Of a DNA stretch of 32,000 bases, positions 29,557 through 32,000 are shown piece after piece (positions within the stretch are counted from its first letter, which is position 1; each line of letters opens with the position of its first letter). The notes under the pieces are model-generated. The model was not told the DNA's origin and ran no database searches. It saw nothing but the letters and a program-made list of their open reading frames with translations. The translations under genes were made by a program, and so were the position numbers. The stretch comes from Cylindrospermopsis raciborskii Cr2010 (GTDB taxonomy: Bacteria; Cyanobacteriota; Cyanobacteriia; Cyanobacteriales; Nostocaceae), in the NCBI RefSeq assembly GCF_003367075.2, contig NZ_CP065936.1:1860001-1892000 (forward strand), in the 5' to 3' direction.

Positions 29557-30922
29557 TTTCTTCCTGAATGCGATTCATCTCTTCAATTGTTTTATCGAAG
29601 CTAGAAGCTTCAATTCCCATTTTGGCATCTATGGGAGCAGGAACTAGTGTTTGGCAATAAGTCTTTTTCTTTAAGCTGTCTAGCTTAATCAATTCCTCTT
29701 TTGCAATAAAAACGCTAACCTTATCAGCTTTGAGCAACTCTTCTTTGCGGTATCCTTCACGCTCTGCTATTTCACTTAGCCTTTTTCCTCCCTGATTTAA
29801 CATAATGAGAGTGTTAAGCTCTTTAATAATATAATCACTGTGAGTAGTTATAAATACTTTTACTCCAACATTTACCAACCTCGAAAACAAACGAGCTACG
29901 CGTCTCTGGTTCTCCGGGTGCAAATTAAGCTCAGGTTCATCAACCATGAGTAAGTCGCCAGGAGCAGCAACATGTCGCAGATAAAATCCTATATCCAGTA
30001 GTGAACGAACAGCGCTTGAACTTTCATCCATGGTCAATTTTACGCGTTTTCCTTTAGGGCTATAGTATAATTCATCATTCTTCGTGACAAGATACTCACC
30101 ACCAATAATGTCTGAGAAGTCATTTGTAATCTCTGGATGATTCTTTGCTATGAAGCTATCTTTTTTTGAAAGCTCTTCTAACTGTCTTGTGAAATCAACG
30201 TTTGACTTAATGGGTAGGGCATAATCCGCATATACTTTGGAAAGTAATTCAAGTGGATTTATTTCCTTTTCCATTGAGCTCATTTCCTCCAGGAGACGGT
30301 TTCGGGCAAAATTAAGCTCTCTTCTGAATATTGCCACACCAGTTCGTTCGGCGCTGGCAATAAAAAGACGGGGGAAAAGGTCCCCAAAAATAATGTCTTT
30401 TAGAGCATCTCCGATAATTCGACTAATTATTTCTTGAGGTATCCTTACCTGCTCTTTCTCAACGAGCAAAGAAATTGAAACTAGGGAAGAGTCGGCTTTT
30501 TTCGATATGAAGAATAGCTGGGTTTTAGCTGCACCCATAGTCCGTTCGAAGGTTGAAAGAGGGTGTATATCACTAGAATCCAGGTTTACCAAAAACTGAC
30601 TCCCGGCAAAATGTTTTTCGGAGGAAGCGAAGAAGTGAGGTAATTGTTGTGTAAATGCCTTACAACCTTTCTCAAGGATATTTGGTGCATTGCGGATGTA
30701 TTCTTCAATATTTAACTCAATTAAACCTTCATTTAACAATTGCCACACATCTCCGTCGGAAATATCTATGGAGAAAGCATCACGCCAAAATGAGATAAAG
30801 CCAAACAATGCATAGGTGGCATAGGTTTTACCGGTATTGTTCCCACCACATATAATAGTTAGTTCGTTAAGTGTAAACTCTGCCTGCTTGATAGGTCCGA
30901 GATTCTTTATGGAAATTTTCAT
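29534..30922 (-). CDS. AAA family ATPase (OLD-like/AAA_15-type)
   Basis: 462 aa; NELTIICGGNNTGKTYATYALFG (Walker A), DLLMVDEPELNLHPENQRRVARL (Walker B), VKVFITTHSDYIIKELN. Confidence 0.88.
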   Translation of the reverse strand: MKISIKNLGPIKQAEFTLNELTIICGGNNTGKTYATYALFGFISFWRDAFSIDISDGDVWQLLNEGLIELNIEEYIRNAPNILEKGCKAFTQQLPHFFASSEKHFAGSQFLVNLDSSDIHPLSTFERTMGAAKTQLFFISKKADSSLVSISLLVEKEQVRIPQEIISRIIGDALKDIIFGDLFPRLFIASAERTGVAIFRRELNFARNRLLEEMSSMEKEINPLELLSKVYADYALPIKSNVDFTRQLEELSKKDSFIAKNHPEITNDFSDIIGGEYLVTKNDELYYSPKGKRVKLTMDESSSAVRSLLDIGFYLRHVAAPGDLLMVDEPELNLHPENQRRVARLFSRLVNVGVKVFITTHSDYIIKELNTLIMLNQGGKRLSEIAEREGYRKEELLKADKVSVFIAKEELIKLDSLKKKTYCQTLVPAPIDAKMGIEASSFDKTIEEMNRIQEEIVWGDDE

Positions 30923-31368
30923 TCGCTTTTACATTTAGCTGATTTAAATATATAGCCTTGGCCAGAACCACCTTGCAAATAGGTACGAGTAGTTGATTTT
31001 TTAAGAGAGATAACATACACCTATCTTAATGTAACAGATATCAAGTTATATGTCAACTCCGTCAACTCATCTTGTCTTGGGAGGATATGTTTAGGTAGAG
31101 CTTAGTTATAGGATGAGATTAAACAAATATACACTTTGAAATAGCCCTAAAAATTATGACTTGAGTTATAAAAATATAGATAGGAATGAGTAGCAACAGT
31201 TTGTGTTAGCTAGTATTTAATCTTAGTATAATAAATACTAATACTTTACCTATATTTTGAATCCCAAAATTTTCTACCCCAGCCTATTGACTTTTATTCT
31301 CAAAAGTTCTACATTAACTTTTGGGATTAGTTGAAACTAATTCGCAAAAATACTGAGAATTATTACTA

Positions 31369-32000
31369 ATGAACCTTAACCAATTCCTGAAAAGAAAGTT
31401 CTTGATTGCCGGTACATTGGCAACACTGACAAGTTTATTTGTCAGCAATGTAGTCAAAACCCAACCCACGGTGGCTAACTCCAATCCTCCCCCAGTAGCA
31501 CCACTGTTACTTACAAAAAATCTCAAAAATTTGACCATAGTCTTTCCTAGTCGAAAGGATGCTCCTAACCTGCAAGAACAAGTGGGGAAAGTAGCTAACT
31601 TCTTGTCCCGGGAGTTAGGAATACCCGTAAAGGCACAAATTAGCGATGATACTGCTGCTGTAGAAGCCCTAAGAGCTAATAGAGCCGATGTGGCTTTTTT
31701 AAGCAGTCGTCCAGCCTTAAAAGCGGAGGGACTAGCAAATTCTCGTTTATATCTAGCAGAGGTGAGATCTAACTACTCCGGTAGATACACTTATAATTCC
31801 ATATTTGTAGTTGCCAAAAACAGTCCTCTAACTCCTAAAGCTTCTACTAAAGCGACGCTGGAACAGCTCAGAGGCAAAAAAATTGCCTTTACCTCCCCCA
31901 CCTCTGGATCAGGGTTTATTTTCCCAGTTAGTGAGTTGGTGAAGAACGGATTTGTCCCCGACAAAGATCGGATGGAAGGTTTCTTCGGTCAAATTACTTA
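31369..32000 (+). CDS. PhnD-like phosphate/phosphonate ABC transporter substrate-binding protein (partial, runs off the window)
   Basis: MNLNQFLKRKFLIAGTLATLTSLFVSNVVKTQPTVANS signal, then LTIVFPSRKDAPNLQEQVGKVANFLSRELGIPVKAQISDDTAAVEALRANRADVAFLSSRPALKAE...LRGKKIAFTSPTSGSGFIFP. Confidence 0.8.
   Translation, partial: MNLNQFLKRKFLIAGTLATLTSLFVSNVVKTQPTVANSNPPPVAPLLLTKNLKNLTIVFPSRKDAPNLQEQVGKVANFLSRELGIPVKAQISDDTAAVEALRANRADVAFLSSRPALKAEGLANSRLYLAEVRSNYSGRYTYNSIFVVAKNSPLTPKASTKATLEQLRGKKIAFTSPTSGSGFIFPVSELVKNGFVPDKDRMEGFFGQIT

Noticed and set aside
31314-31538. Minus-strand 74-aa ORF
   Set aside because: Antisense to the signal-peptide region of the phnD-like gene starting at 31369.

Overview
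The window is chromosomal DNA from a filamentous cyanobacterium, probably Nostocales. Support comes from chlL/chlN, psb30, ilvH, a LabA-like NYN protein, half-size GDT1-family proteins and scattered GCGATCGC (HIP1) octamers. Most of 7.0-28.4 kb is ordinary housekeeping sequence: pmbA, a ClC channel, the chlN/chlL region, ilvH, pepA, metG, lptC, psb30, recJ and an SbcD-like gene, followed by cysH. Two accessory regions stand out. (A) 1-6.7 kb on the minus strand holds the edge of a BREX locus (brxB, brxC; no brxA fits). It is followed by a DUF433/DUF5615-type toxin-antitoxin pair, then a AAA ATPase overlapping by ATGA a truncated gene with a D...ExK nuclease-like signature, plus a decayed fragment of a second ATPase copy. 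The island ends beside a probable IS200/IS605 right-end/omegaRNA-like relic just upstream of pmbA. (B) 29.2-30.9 kb holds a second AAA ATPase with a small partner that looks frameshifted. Two intergenic regions have strong structure not explained by proteins. One is a 304-bp element at 11345-11648 bounded by 50-bp inverted repeats (44/50 matches) with several internal hairpins. The other is a probable plus-strand ncRNA at about 26830-27130 ending in a strong intrinsic terminator. No sequence searches were run; family names come from recognising the translated sequences.
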